Source: Schizochytrium sp. TIO01 (lineage: Eukaryota > Protista > Bigyra: Labyrinthulomycetes). From it: a stretch of 64,000 nt of DNA. How positions within the stretch are numbered: the first letter of the stretch is position 1; the number at the start of each line of letters is the position of its first letter. Made by a program: the position numbers and the translations under genes. This document shows positions 1 through 11,744 of the stretch, piece by piece. The notes beneath the pieces are model-generated. The model saw only the letters and a list, made by a program, of their open reading frames with translations, searched no databases and was not told the origin of the DNA. The stretch spans positions 5,466,845 to 5,530,844 of the forward strand of contig SMSO01000014.1 in NCBI GenBank assembly GCA_004764695.1, read 5' to 3'.

Positions 1-1
1 A

Positions 2-94
2 GGTGTTGCGCTTGTACGTGGAATTCCTGGTGCTGGTATGGTATTCTTCGTTCAAAAACGAGCGCTTGACTTTTTTAACGACCTGACTTATTGA
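2..94 (+). CDS. 3' end of a probable mitochondrial carrier (SLC25/MCF) gene, truncated by the window start
   Basis: Manual translation from base 2 gives GVALVRGIPGAGMVFFVQKRALDFFNDLTY*. This fits the last MCF helix pattern (G-x-x-L-x-R-x-x-P-x-x-x-x-x-F). Only 30 codons are visible. Confidence 0.55.
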   Translation, partial: GVALVRGIPGAGMVFFVQKRALDFFNDLTY

Positions 95-1099
95 GGTTGA
101 AGTACCGTTGCATTGAGACTTAGTGCCTTTCATTTATAGTTGTGTTTTTGTATGCTCATTTCTCAAGGTAGCCAATGTCTAGATAGAACTTCAAGCCCGA
201 CTTTCATTCTCTTGCTCCTTTTGTGGTGTTTTCTTCGTCAAGATGGCGTTTTACCTCCTTCTATAGTTTAATTCGCCCAATTTTTTAATTTTTTCAAACA
301 TTATAAGCGAAGATAAATGGTATGTATCGCTTGCAAATAATCTGTACTGCTCTTGTGGTAAAATGAGGACTCTTGTCTGAAGTTGAGATTTAGATAACAG
401 TAATTCCAGCTCTGCCAATTGACGAATTAGCTCACCCATTTCCAGGTACATTTGGCTAGGTTTTTAGTATTTTTTTTCTTAATTATAAGACAAAAATAGA
501 ACTAAGCTGTCCGTATTATCTACCGCTATACGAGCATCAATGTTTATCTTCAAAGAAGTGATGGCATTGATTACATCATCCGAGGCATGAATATATGTAA
601 TATACTTACTGCACAAAGGTAATAGTTGACTTAGCTTGCATGCATGGCGTCAATCTCTGCTGATTCAAGAACTTTAACATCTCTATGGACAGAGTGCAAT
701 CGTGCTGGAGTGGCGGATAGCAAGGATCGTTTGCAGTTACAGATACAAGAAAGAAAAAAGCCCAGCTAAGCTTTGGATGATTCTCCTTTCTACATAGCCT
801 AGAAATGGGCGAATGCTATAGGTCCTACAGTATTGGTCGTCGTACTTTGTTGCTATACCGATCACGAATGGGAGAAAACTGGGAAAGCAGAGCTAGGGAT
901 AAGTAGAAAAGAAGCGATAATAATTTGGGTAGGTCATCTTTTATATTTTTCGAGGTCGTCGCAACAATAATCTGCTAACCTTAAGCATGGCAGTACCTGA
1001 TGATGTGACAAGTGCGTGGTGTTTGTTAAGGTGTTTAAGCAGACATGGCGAAGGTCTACACTAGAGTTGCAAATGATCTGCCGAGGCCCTTCAAGCTGA

Positions 1100-1711
1100 T
1101 CAGAACGGCGAGAGGATGTCCACAAGAGTGGGCTTGGGCTCAGACACGCGGATGCCGAGGAGGATCACAGCCGGGACGAAGGCCCAGAAGGTCTGTAAAT
1201 TTACAAAAATCAATAAAATAATCCATCATTGATGGCATTTATTTAACGCCAGTCGAGCCACATGGAGATCCAGAGTATAAATCAAACCACAGAAGTCGAA
1301 TTTCAATATTGATGATGGAAAGCAAGCACATGCCAAAGCAACCGAGAACCATAAACAATTTGTCAGTCTCCAAAGAACCCTCCTGTAACGCAGCACTTTT
1401 CCACAATCCTATCTCAATCATGACCATTCCTGGGCAATTCTCCTCCTCTAGTTTAAGCAAAGCTTTATCAGGTTCCCATTGGTTTCGTCATCATTGAGAT
1501 GATGCCAAAGTTGACGCCGAGGTTGACGCTGAGAAAAAAGAAAACCAAGAGCCACAGAGAGAAGAGAGGAACAGAAACAAGACAACCAAGGCTAAGTACG
1601 ACTTCATGACCAACTTACGATCTGCTTGAAGAGGTTGAGGCCAGAGGTGCAGGCGGACTCAACCTTAGGGTAGGCAGCCACAAGGGCCGAGGCGGCGTCG
1701 TTGGCGGCCAT
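1100..1711 (-). CDS. TOM7: Mitochondrial import receptor subunit Tom7, two exons (1711-1619 and 1192-1100), 61 aa
   Basis: Exon 1 reads MAANDAASALVAAYPKVESACTSGLNLFKQI and ends at a GTAAGT donor. A 426-nt phase-0 intron ends in TTTACAG. Exon 2 reads TFWAFVPAVILLGIRVSEPKPTLVDILSPF*, matching the Tom7 signature (aromatic-G/A-F-I/V-P, hydrophobic stretch, G, then EPKP and L-x-x-x-L-S-P). Both exons are C-ending codon biased. Confidence 0.85.
1193..1618 (-). other. Spliceosomal GT-AG intron of TOM7
   Basis: GTAAGT donor at 1618 and a T-rich tract plus CAG acceptor ending at 1193. Splicing restores a continuous Tom7 frame. Confidence 0.85.
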
Positions 1712-2058
1712 CTTGGTTATGCGAGCGGCAGCGGTGTCGTGCGGGAGCAGGCAGCGTCAATTCGCGAATGGGTTTGAAGAAGTCTTTTCTTGCCTTGCAA
1801 TGCATCCTTTTCCATCTCTAGCACTACTTATCCATTGACTAGAACCTCCCGCCCCTCTTTCTCTCTCACTCCATCCAGTCCTTCGGAGAATTAAGGGGCC
1901 CCTGCGTGATGCCGAACTGAGGGTCCCTAAAGTGACAATGAGTGGGAAATTAAGCTTCTTTGGGAAAGACAGGATGAGCTAATAGAATTGGCGAGCGATA
2001 GCAACCAGTTCTTCAAAATTGGTGTCGACGTCGACTTTGCGAAGGGGATTTTCTGAGG

Positions 2059-3063
2059 ATGCCACGACGAGGAAAGACACCAGCGTCCCAAAAGAGGGCT
2101 GCTGCGGCCCCCGAACGCCGCAGCGGGTTCTTTGCAGGTCTGCAAGCGAAGATCCGGGATCCAAGTGGTGGAAAAGGTCCCAAGACGGGCAATGACAAGG
2201 TCAAAGTTAAGTCAAAAACAGGTGCCAAAGCTCGCGACAATGCATCAAGACCAACATCCATGTCGTCTTCACTTCTGCCTCTGGCAGCTTCGAAGTCAGG
2301 ACCCAAATCTGGCGCAAAGTCTGGTGTCGCTCGTGGTCCCGCCTTCAGACAGCCTCTCGTAGTCGCTGGAGCTCCTGGTGTAGGCGATATCGGCCATGAT
2401 CTTGACGCTGGTAGTGTCAATCCCAAAAGCGCTGGAGCTTTTAGAAACGTTGACCGTGTGCTTCTTGTCGGTGAAGGTAACTTCAGTTTTGCAGTGGGTC
2501 TATGTACGAGAATTGGAGGCTCTAAAATCGTGGCTTCAAGTCTCGACACTCGCCAGGAAGTGATTGAAAAGTATGACTCTGAGGCAATGGGGTCTTTGCA
2601 AGCCTTGAGACTTGCCGGAGCTAAGATTCATCATGGAATTGATGGTACAAAGGAAGAGGACCTTCGCTCGTGTCTTGGCCAGATGACAGCCTTTGATGTG
2701 GTTGGATTTAACTTTCCACACCTTGGAGGTGCGACGCCTGAGGCTGTCGAGGCAAACCGCGAAATGTTGAGAGGTTTCTTCAAGGCGTGCAAGTCTGTGC
2801 TTGCGAAGAGTAAGGAAGGCTCGCGCTCACGCGCTAGTCGTGTTGCTGTCACCTTGCGGGCCACATCTTTTTATGAGAGTTGGGGACTCGAGGGACTTGC
2901 TGCTGACGAAGGCTACAAGCTTGCGGAAAAAATTCCCTTTGACAAGTCCTTGTACCCTGGTTATCAGGAGGCACGCACAAACCCTGCTGCACGTGCATCG
3001 CCTGGTACAGAGGAGGCGTACACATATGTTTTTGTGTTGCGTGCGACGTCAAAGGCCACATAA
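2059..3063 (+). CDS. 25S rRNA (uridine-N3)-methyltransferase BMT5-like (DUF2431) protein with a basic N-terminal extension
   Basis: 334-aa ORF with VLLVGEGNFSFA, HGIDGT and FDVVGFNFPHLG, typical of the BMT5/DUF2431 domain. K/R-rich N-terminus. Confidence 0.85.
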   Translation: MPRRGKTPASQKRAAAAPERRSGFFAGLQAKIRDPSGGKGPKTGNDKVKVKSKTGAKARDNASRPTSMSSSLLPLAASKSGPKSGAKSGVARGPAFRQPLVVAGAPGVGDIGHDLDAGSVNPKSAGAFRNVDRVLLVGEGNFSFAVGLCTRIGGSKIVASSLDTRQEVIEKYDSEAMGSLQALRLAGAKIHHGIDGTKEEDLRSCLGQMTAFDVVGFNFPHLGGATPEAVEANREMLRGFFKACKSVLAKSKEGSRSRASRVAVTLRATSFYESWGLEGLAADEGYKLAEKIPFDKSLYPGYQEARTNPAARASPGTEEAYTYVFVLRATSKAT

Positions 3064-4183
3064 AACACTGTCGGAATTGCCTCTCAATAGAAGGAAGTAA
3101 ACCTCTGTTGATATTAGAAGCTCTTGCTGTCACAAATATACTCAGAATAGTTCATATGATACCTTGACCTCAGATCTTTACTGTTTGTTTGGTCTGATCG
3201 ACTTATTTCGGGCGAGATGGAATATGCTGCTGAGGATAAACTTCACAAACTGCGGGGTAGCCATTCTTTTGATTGTGTTTTGTTGATTTTGTTCACTAGT
3301 TCCAAAATGGAATATACATTCATACGAGAAGAAATCCAGTGAACTCTTAGTATGGCGCTCGCAAACTGGTCAATCTCATATTTCCTTGCAAAAGATTACA
3401 GCTATACCTTGCTTTGCTACGTATGAAAACTCTTGGTTGCATCCTTGGTTTTTTATGATCGTGGACCTGCAATCAACTCACTTCACGTTATCATTTTTTT
3501 CCCCTGTCATTTTCAAGATCTTCTGCTTTGTTTTCATTCCGGAATAGTTCGATTTTTGATTCTGTGCTAGAAAATGATAATTAATTTTTGTTGCGACGTC
3601 TGTTCTTTCTAAAAAGATCGACAACGTGTGTGGTTGCATGATAGCAAGAAACTAGACGAGACAAGCTGGTGAAAATATCTATGTTTTCATAATCCACGCG
3701 AAATCAGGTTTCCAATCAAGGGGAGACGTCAAATGTTTCACCTCACTTCGTCATTTCTACACAGGAGAACAAGCAAACCCAAGTTGTTTGCCTACAGCTG
3801 GTTCGCAAGCAAAGATCGCTTCATGTAAACTTGGTGATAGTGTACATGAATCCCCAAACTAGTGGATGAGGCAATTAATTTCTTAAGTTAATGATTCACT
3901 GATTCATTCGTTGGATTAATTCAGCGAATCATTAAAAACCTCGGGATCAGAACAAAAGGCCGCTGCATTGTATAATTTAAAAAGTAAGTATTAATACGTT
4001 GCGAGGGTGGCTAGAACGTTACATGTGTTTTGCTATCTTTGTAATCAAAGAGAAAGCACTAGGTCAGGAACTGATGAAAGTCGATATAGTAATAATTCTG
4101 TAGTTGAAATCGTTCGCCATCTTGAGAAATCATACGGTTGATGCGTTGAACAACATAAAGAAAAGAATCAAGTACTATGGAGA

Positions 4184-5212
4184 TTACTTGAGCACATAAT
4201 TAAAAAGAACGTAGAAACCAAGCATGAAAAGCCAAGAAGGAATTCCTTTCTTGCCTTGCGCATTTTCACCTCCACCAGCTCCCCCCTGGGCATTGCGTGC
4301 ACGGAGATTACGTGGTAGGGCAGAATTTGGAGCACCTGGCATAACACCAGGACCTGAGGCTCCACCAGCCACAGCAGCAGCGGTGGGGAGAGCCCCGGTT
4401 CTGCTGGTGAGACGCAGCTCTTGTTCTAAGTTGGATAGGTTTTGAAGGATCGATTCTTGCGTCCGCCAAACCATACTGAGCAGCTTCCAGTTTCGGTCCG
4501 TAGGGTCCATGTAGGTGAAGCTCTGAAAGACAATGGTACCACCAATGAACGTAGGATAAATAGTGAATAGTAACTTGCTGAGTTGGTAAACAGCCAAGTG
4601 AGGGAAAAAGGGAATAACAACACTAAGTGTACCTGTACGCATTTGCAGATCAAGTGCAAGAATCAGGGCGAGTCCGGCTAGAGAGATGGTACGTGCATCG
4701 TTCTGACCCGAATTTACGGTAAGCAAGATGGTAAGAGCAAACCACAAAGCATAAGTGATGCTAATTTGGAGGAGTCCACTGGAGAGAATGTCTTCGCCCT
4801 TCAAGGACCACTGCACACCATCATAGCCCCAACGATCATAGGCTTCACGCACCACAGGGTTTGCAAGAACATCGTAGGCCTTCTTCATCTCAATAAAATC
4901 TTCTTCTGCGTTGGGATTTTCACGGTTCATATCCGGATGCAGTTCTCTTGCCAGGCGCTGATAAGATACACGAATGTCTTTGTCGGTCGCAGTGCGTGAG
5001 ACCTGAAGCGTGTTAAAAAGGTTACGGTCCTGGAGAATATCAACGAGGTCCATGCCAACACTGAGGAGACCAACAAGCGCGAGGAAGAGCACCGCGACAA
5101 GCTTGCGTTGCTTCACACTGGGAAACCGTTTATCTGCCGAGAGTATCTTGCGCATTACCGGGTAGATTACCACAGAATTCAAGATAATGCTCGTGCCAAA
5201 GCCACCAATCAT
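4184..5212 (-). CDS. Multi-pass membrane DnaJ (J-domain) co-chaperone
   Basis: 342-aa ORF with a J-domain (YQRLARELHPD...AYDVL...REAYDRWG). Hydrophobic segments lie before and after it and at the C-terminus. Confidence 0.85.
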   Translation of the reverse strand: MIGGFGTSIILNSVVIYPVMRKILSADKRFPSVKQRKLVAVLFLALVGLLSVGMDLVDILQDRNLFNTLQVSRTATDKDIRVSYQRLARELHPDMNRENPNAEEDFIEMKKAYDVLANPVVREAYDRWGYDGVQWSLKGEDILSSGLLQISITYALWFALTILLTVNSGQNDARTISLAGLALILALDLQMRTGTLSVVIPFFPHLAVYQLSKLLFTIYPTFIGGTIVFQSFTYMDPTDRNWKLLSMVWRTQESILQNLSNLEQELRLTSRTGALPTAAAVAGGASGPGVMPGAPNSALPRNLRARNAQGGAGGGENAQGKKGIPSWLFMLGFYVLFNYVLK

Positions 5213-6945
5213 CCTGCCGGTCCTTTGTCGAAGTCCTCCAGAGACAATCGGTCCTGTCTAATTGAATTATGTAGTGAGCCCAAGCAATCTATACTTCAGT
5301 TTCCGCTCTTGTAGCTCTCCCTAAAATATTGACCCAGATCTCGAGCTCTACAAAGCCACAAACAGCGCTTTGTCAACCGCCACTCGATAAAGGGCCTCGA
5401 CACGCTTTCCTCACGTGGCGGTGCGTATCCCTTCGCCTCTCAGGATTCTACCTTCGCCGCTCGAGCTCGTGCTCGTCTGGTTTTTGGTGATGTATCTCCT
5501 CGCGCAAGCAATCGATGACACTCAAACAACAACATCACTAACCAGAACAAACAAAACAACAAAAATCAAAGCACATCAAGAAATGAAAATGCTCCGACAC
5601 GAAGTTCTTTATTACGCAATCCTCCTTTTCAATAATCTTAGCTACTATAAACATTACCTGTCCTGAATTTTCTTATTTCCAGATCAGCCTTTTCCCCTTT
5701 ATCTCCTCCTATAGACAGCATGGCACAAGCTCTTCTACTGTTTTCGTTAGCTGAGGTTACAGGTCGGCCTTTATGAGCATTGGGATGGTTTCCCCGAATC
5801 GCCGACGTTGCTTGAGGCGGTGTTACTGGCCCCCACTTTTGGGTATCGGAAGAACCCCCCTATGCTCAGTTGAGCCGAAGTTAGAGTGGTGAGCGTAAAA
5901 GCTAGCGCAAGCAGGGGCGAGGAGGGGGGTAGTTTGCCGGAAAGAGAGCAAGAGCGAGAAAGAGGCAAGCGAAGCAGCGGCAGCAAGCAAGCCCGAGTCC
6001 GCGCGCAGCAGAGGTTGCTCTGCGCGGCGGCGAGGCCCGGAAGTCCGATCGGCACCGGCTCGGCGCCGCTCCAGGCTCGGCCCGAGTCACGTACCTGCGG
6101 TGGCGGCCGCGCGTGCGCCCGTGCGTCGAAAAAACATCTGGCCATCTGGCCATCTGGCGAGCGCCGCCGAGGCGTCTTCTTCTGCGTCTTGTTGCATTTT
6201 GGGTCAATTGTAATACGCACGACCTTGGCGCCCTACTAATCTTGGAGGTCTCATTTGGTACATTCGTTAAGCGAACATCGGTCGGAGTCGCACGTTGGGT
6301 TTACAAAACCTGTTTTGAGTTGAAAACAACGAAGTCTTTTCGGTTTGTTGGCGTTTTTTTTTTTTTGCTGATATTCGTGAAGAACTTCAACCCTTGAAGA
6401 ATTATATTTTTCTACGGCCTTGGGGATCTCGTCAGAGCTGGATTTAAACGATAGATTTCTAGGATCGAGGGCGTCGCTGTGCTACACTTGCTTGCTCAAT
6501 TTACAAACGGGTTTTGTGTCGCAGTAGCTCAAATTTCTGTCGAAGGCTTTGTCAACTTGTTTTTCTTGCTTGGCTTCAAGGAAATTTTCCTGCACAGTTT
6601 GGTCAAAAGGTTGTGGAGATTGGTTCACATTTTGGTTGGGATTCTGCTGCAACTGGCTTGTTCTGAAGGATTGTGACTGGATAATTGTAAAGAAGGGAGG
6701 ATCTTTGACTATTGATTTTTGTGTAAAAGCTGTGAAGATCAGGACCAGATCTGGTGGGTTCTTGAGTGAGCATAGATTTCAAAGATAAAGGTGGTCTTTT
6801 ATAAACAACCTCTTATAAACTCACTCCCTGCATAGGATCCAGTAAAATTAAGTTTTGCCGGTGGTCTGAACCAAGAGAGAAACATCCTGATACAATCGAA
6901 ATAGCAGCGGCAAAGGCAAAAACAGCAGTGTGTCGCACTTATTGC

Positions 6946-9726
6946 ATGGCCCAAGGGAAGGCAAGGACAACACAGGGTCATCAGCAACACAGCTTAAGTT
7001 TACCAAGTGGTGGTACAAACGGTGTAACAGAGGAGACAACTTTTAGCAACACGAACGGCAACAAGGGCCTGGCACGGCCCAAGAGCGGCACCGCGAGGGG
7101 AGGTGCGGTGTCGCCTGGACCGAGGTCATCATCTTCATCATCACCATCATCAGGGTCGGTTCCGACAACGGTGCAATCTTCATCAAAAATGGACAGACAG
7201 TCTCTCGAACGCATGCTGATGGGTTCTTCAGGGCCTTCAGGAAACCGCGACGCCTCACCACCACGACGAGACGCACCAGGACGCGTACCCGCACCAGTGT
7301 CGAGCACAGCTCAACCATGGTCTCAAAACAATCTCGAAACACTCAAGTCCGCTATTGCAGACTTGGAACAGATGCTGCGCAGCGACCAGGCCGATGTGCA
7401 GTTGGAGGCAACCAAGAAGTTCCGACAGCTCCTCTCGGTAGAACGGGATGCACTGGTACAAGACGTCCTGGACCGCGACATCGTGCCGCAACTGCTGCAC
7501 TTTCTTAAACAAAACGGGCACGCCGCACTACAGGTGGAGGCCTTGTGGGCCTTGACTAATATTGCCGCAGGTGCCACAGAGCACACGCACATGCTGCTGA
7601 AGAACGACGCTGTCCCAACGCTTGTGTCATTGCTGAGCTCGACTCACCAAGAGGTTCTAGAGCAGGCAGTCTGGGTGTTAGGAAACATTGCCGGTGATGG
7701 AACTCCGGCGCGAGACAAGGTTTTGGAGGCGCAGGTCTTGACACCTTTGTTGCAATGCATGCAGGATGTGAAAAAAACAAGCTTGCTGCGCATTGCGACC
7801 TGGACCCTGAGCAACCTGTGTGATGGTCAACCAAGGCCAGACTTGAATGTCCATGCAGTGCTTGCGACTCTGCGATCCGTGCTGCAGTCTGAAGACACGG
7901 AGGTACTTTCGCATGCTTGTTGGGCACTAAGCCATTTGTGTGACGGACCAAGTCCTCATATTGAGGCAGTAGTGGAGGCAGAGGTGTGCCCACGCCTTGT
8001 GCAGCTCTTGCCCAATAAGTCGTGGCGTGTGGTTAAACCCGCGCTGCGCACGGTGGGTAATATTGTCTGCGCTGAAGACGAGCAAGATTATACACAGCAG
8101 ATCATTGAATGCGGCGCCGTACCGTGCCTTAAGGAACTGATCAGCCACAACAACCGCGACATTCAGAAGGAGGCGTGCTGGACACTGAGTAATATTGCTG
8201 CTGGAACTATTGACCAGATCCAGCAGGTGCTGGAGTCAGGTAGTATTCCAACATTAGTGAAACTAGCGAGCAAGGATGCTGACACAGACCCGGACGTGAA
8301 GATCGAAGCCTGTTGGGTTCTTTTAAACGCTACCTCATGTGGTAGCGACTCGCAGATAGAGCACCTGGTGCGTGAGGGTTGCGTTGCTGTGCTCTGCAAT
8401 CTTTTGCAAGATAATTCAATGGTGATGATGGCTTTGGAGGGTTTGGAAAAGATTCTCCAGGTTGGTGAGGAAACGACAACGCTCCCGTCGACAGGTACAG
8501 CTGGACCTCCACTTAATGCGTCCAAGGATGACGCGGCAGTTGCAGCGGCTAGGCAAGATGACGCTCACTCAATCTTGTTAACGGCAGATAAAATACAAGA
8601 TTTACAGAAAAATCGCAACGCACAGATTGCAAAGCGAGCTACGCGCATGTGGAAGCAATACTTTGTAATTTGTGCGATCTGCCAGCATCCGTACTCGAAG
8701 CAATCACCGGCTACAAAGTTTTGCACTGAATGCAAGTGTAATGTCTGTGTGCGCTGCGACTGCTCGCGGTTCCATCTTTCCTATCAGGAGAATTTGTGGA
8801 AAGAGATTGCCGAGGACGAGGCCAAGGGAATGCAAAACCACAGCAAAGGACAGTCCAAAAAGTCCAAGAATAAAAAGAAAAAGGTTAAAGACAAAAAGAA
8901 AAAGGACAACCAGTCCAAGGCTGCAAACAAAGATAATAATACATCAGAGCGAGATCATAGCTCAGCGTTGAATGGGAATCAGACATCGGGTGATGCGGCG
9001 TCAGCACCCGTGAACCCACCAAACTCTTCCGCGCCTCCTCCCCCATCTTCTGCGTCAGCTGCTACCGTAACATCTGCAACACCTGGCACGGAGACCTCAA
9101 ATGGCTCTCCCGTACAGTGTGATCGAAACAGTAATAGTAAAAGTAACAGTAGCGACAGTAGCAATGGAAACAACAATAATGTCAACAACGCTGATGCTAA
9201 GGTCGATGATGATCCCAAAACCTCAACCACGACTATTGGTAATGGTCATGGAGATGGCGAGCAACGTGATTCTCAAAGAACTGTGGGTGTTGCACCTTCC
9301 CCGCTTGCAGCGATCGATTCCTCAACTGTTTATAAAAATACAGAGGATGTGCGGACTAACCCTGGGTCTGGTGAGGCCGCCTCGTCGTTTACTCTCGGAG
9401 GCATGGGGCCTGCCGTGAATGGCTTGCAAGCCAATGGATTAAGCAATCTGTCATTGCGAAGTGATTCCACCTCGTCTAAAGTGTCGCGCAGACCTAGTAC
9501 TGATCAAAAGTTTCCGCTACTTGATGACTTGGGTGATGACAAGGACACACTTATGGCGCACAATGATGTCTACGTGGATTTTTTGAACAAAAAGGGCAGC
9601 ATTCTGGATCTTTGGAAGATCATGGACGAAGACGATTCTGGTCAGCCCGACGAAGATCTTATGCTACTCCACCGCCAAGCTATGGAACAGAAGCTTAAAC
9701 AAGAACAAGAGCAGGCGCGGCATTAG
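6946..9726 (+). CDS. Importin-alpha-like armadillo-repeat protein without a recognisable IBB domain, with a C-terminal Cys/His motif, Lys tract and low-complexity tail
   Basis: Importin-alpha-type ARM helices EALWALTNIA, EQAVWVLGNIAGD, ATWTLSNLC, ACWALSHL, PALRTVGNIV and KEACWTLSNIAAG. The first ATG is at 6946; the track start at 6928 is non-ATG. Confidence 0.88.
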   Translation: MAQGKARTTQGHQQHSLSLPSGGTNGVTEETTFSNTNGNKGLARPKSGTARGGAVSPGPRSSSSSSPSSGSVPTTVQSSSKMDRQSLERMLMGSSGPSGNRDASPPRRDAPGRVPAPVSSTAQPWSQNNLETLKSAIADLEQMLRSDQADVQLEATKKFRQLLSVERDALVQDVLDRDIVPQLLHFLKQNGHAALQVEALWALTNIAAGATEHTHMLLKNDAVPTLVSLLSSTHQEVLEQAVWVLGNIAGDGTPARDKVLEAQVLTPLLQCMQDVKKTSLLRIATWTLSNLCDGQPRPDLNVHAVLATLRSVLQSEDTEVLSHACWALSHLCDGPSPHIEAVVEAEVCPRLVQLLPNKSWRVVKPALRTVGNIVCAEDEQDYTQQIIECGAVPCLKELISHNNRDIQKEACWTLSNIAAGTIDQIQQVLESGSIPTLVKLASKDADTDPDVKIEACWVLLNATSCGSDSQIEHLVREGCVAVLCNLLQDNSMVMMALEGLEKILQVGEETTTLPSTGTAGPPLNASKDDAAVAAARQDDAHSILLTADKIQDLQKNRNAQIAKRATRMWKQYFVICAICQHPYSKQSPATKFCTECKCNVCVRCDCSRFHLSYQENLWKEIAEDEAKGMQNHSKGQSKKSKNKKKKVKDKKKKDNQSKAANKDNNTSERDHSSALNGNQTSGDAASAPVNPPNSSAPPPPSSASAATVTSATPGTETSNGSPVQCDRNSNSKSNSSDSSNGNNNNVNNADAKVDDDPKTSTTTIGNGHGDGEQRDSQRTVGVAPSPLAAIDSSTVYKNTEDVRTNPGSGEAASSFTLGGMGPAVNGLQANGLSNLSLRSDSTSSKVSRRPSTDQKFPLLDDLGDDKDTLMAHNDVYVDFLNKKGSILDLWKIMDEDDSGQPDEDLMLLHRQAMEQKLKQEQEQARH

Positions 9727-11744
9727 TAATTCCTCAATCTGAAACAAAACGGCAAAAACATATTCACATAAAACACATTCAGGCTTTCTTGAAATGCATG
9801 CTCTTGCATTTCGCTATTGATTGCAATTTGTGCGTCGCTGTTTTGTCAGATCGAAAACACAGTTGTTCTCCTTCACCAAATTCTATTTTATCTTCTTCTT
9901 ACTATTTGCCTCCTCTTTCCTTCTTTTTGATTATTCTGCGATTACTAACATGTATTTTCATTGAGACAGAAATTGGACAGTTTCTATATTCTCTCTTCAG
10001 TAAACCTCCTGGCTCACAAAGTGTACTTGAGTACATTTAACGATTTGAAGTTTAACAAGAGCTAATTTAAAACGGAGGGTTCTAGGCTTCTCACAAATTA
10101 CTGACGTCTATTAAGATAAACGAGCTAGTGGATTCGCAGACCACTCTGGTTTAGACTCCAATTGCTTTTCTAAATGAAATTTCAACATTACCTACAGCAC
10201 AGGTGAAAGTTCGAACGTGGGCATTGTTTAAAGTATTCATTATTCTCATGTCAGAATTAAATTGGTATGTCTCACATCGGCTTCCTACCGTAAACTCGCC
10301 CTTTTGTTCTCTCACAAGATACCATATTATAGCATAATCTAGGACTACAGCAAGATTTGACAAACATCGTTTCATTCGTATTACTTCCTGCATTATGTAT
10401 TCTTGGCGCGAAGGAATGCAAAATCTGGCGGGCGTCAAAAATAGTGAACCCACTTCAGGATATTTTGGTGATGCCTTGAGTGGTTTGTTCTAAGTGGCTG
10501 GATGAAATTAAGAAGTAAGCTGCAGTGCCGAGCCGAGCCTTCACGTCATATTTCTGGTAGTTGTAAAGCCTTGTTTAATTGTGTAAGCTTGAAACTTATT
10601 CTCATCTATTGATGGTGTGAGCTTGAAACTTGCTCTTTGCTACTTTTACAAACTTTTGTTCCACTTGACTTTGAACTCCCTCTGAGACACGCGTCGAAAG
10701 GCTTGGCAAGGCTTGGTGGAGGGCTGCCAGGGGATTGTCTTTTGAGTAGGGGTAATGAGAACATGTAAGTCGTGATTACTGGGAAGTGTAGCTTGTTGGG
10801 GTCCACTCAATATTTGCAGTCGATCAAAGTCTCTAAGTAACTGGCAAGGCTTGGTTTGTGAAACTTGTGAATGGTGGACAAATGTCAGTGCTCTTTGAGA
10901 ACTTGCAAAAATAAATAAATAAATAATAATATTTATTTAAATTTTATTTCTTAAGCTCAAATCGTTCTCTCACCAGGCATGCATGCTTACAGAAATTAGC
11001 TGCACTAACAGTTAACAATGAAAAGAAATTATGATTGATTCCTGACAAATCATGATAAGGATCAATTTCGCGTCCATACTTATTTTTCTTTGTTTTTTTA
11101 AATCGTGTACCCTCACATAGCATTTCAAAAAACATCTACCTGCCAAAGTTAATGAAGGAAAATAAAATAAGCCTTGTAATTGAATTTAAACAAAGAAATT
11201 ACTTCGATGTGTAAAGTATTATTGGCGTGCTTGTTTCTGCAAAAAAACAACCACAGAAACAAAAACAACAAAAAAACAAAAAAAAAAAGTAGCCACAGCT
11301 TTTTGAATTAAGTTCCTGCCATAATCTTGTCAGTCAGGGATTTCCATTATTACTATTGTCAAAAAAATATTTGAGGTCGCTACAGTGATGCGAGGCGTTA
11401 ACTTGTATCGATATCAGATGTCTGGATTTGTGTAGATTTGATATGTATATATGTATGCAGCAAATGGTAATCTAATTGACACTTGATAACACTCCACGTC
11501 TGCCCGTTTCCCACCCGAAAGAATGACAACAAGAAAGGAAATGGAAGAGATTAAGCATAGGCGAGTCCTGAAAACGATGAAAATTTGGATGATAGTACCT
11601 TATCTATTTCGAAATGCATGACTGCTTTTGTTTGAAGACGTGGAGTATGGGAAGCCTTGCAGTCATGCTCTTTAAAAATTTAATTCAATCAGGATGTGGC
11701 ACTTGATGCAAAAACTAAGTTACTTATATACATATATATTATAG

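Noticed and set aside
251-600. 66-aa minus-strand ORF and adjacent coding-like AT-rich sequence
   Set aside because: No recognisable motif, and it lies between two convergent 3' ends; cannot be supported as a gene.
5215-5725. Possible upstream exon/intron for the DnaJ gene (CAG|GTAATG near 5657)
   Set aside because: A donor-like site exists, but no acceptor clearly extends the coding frame. At most a 5' UTR intron; needs RNA data.
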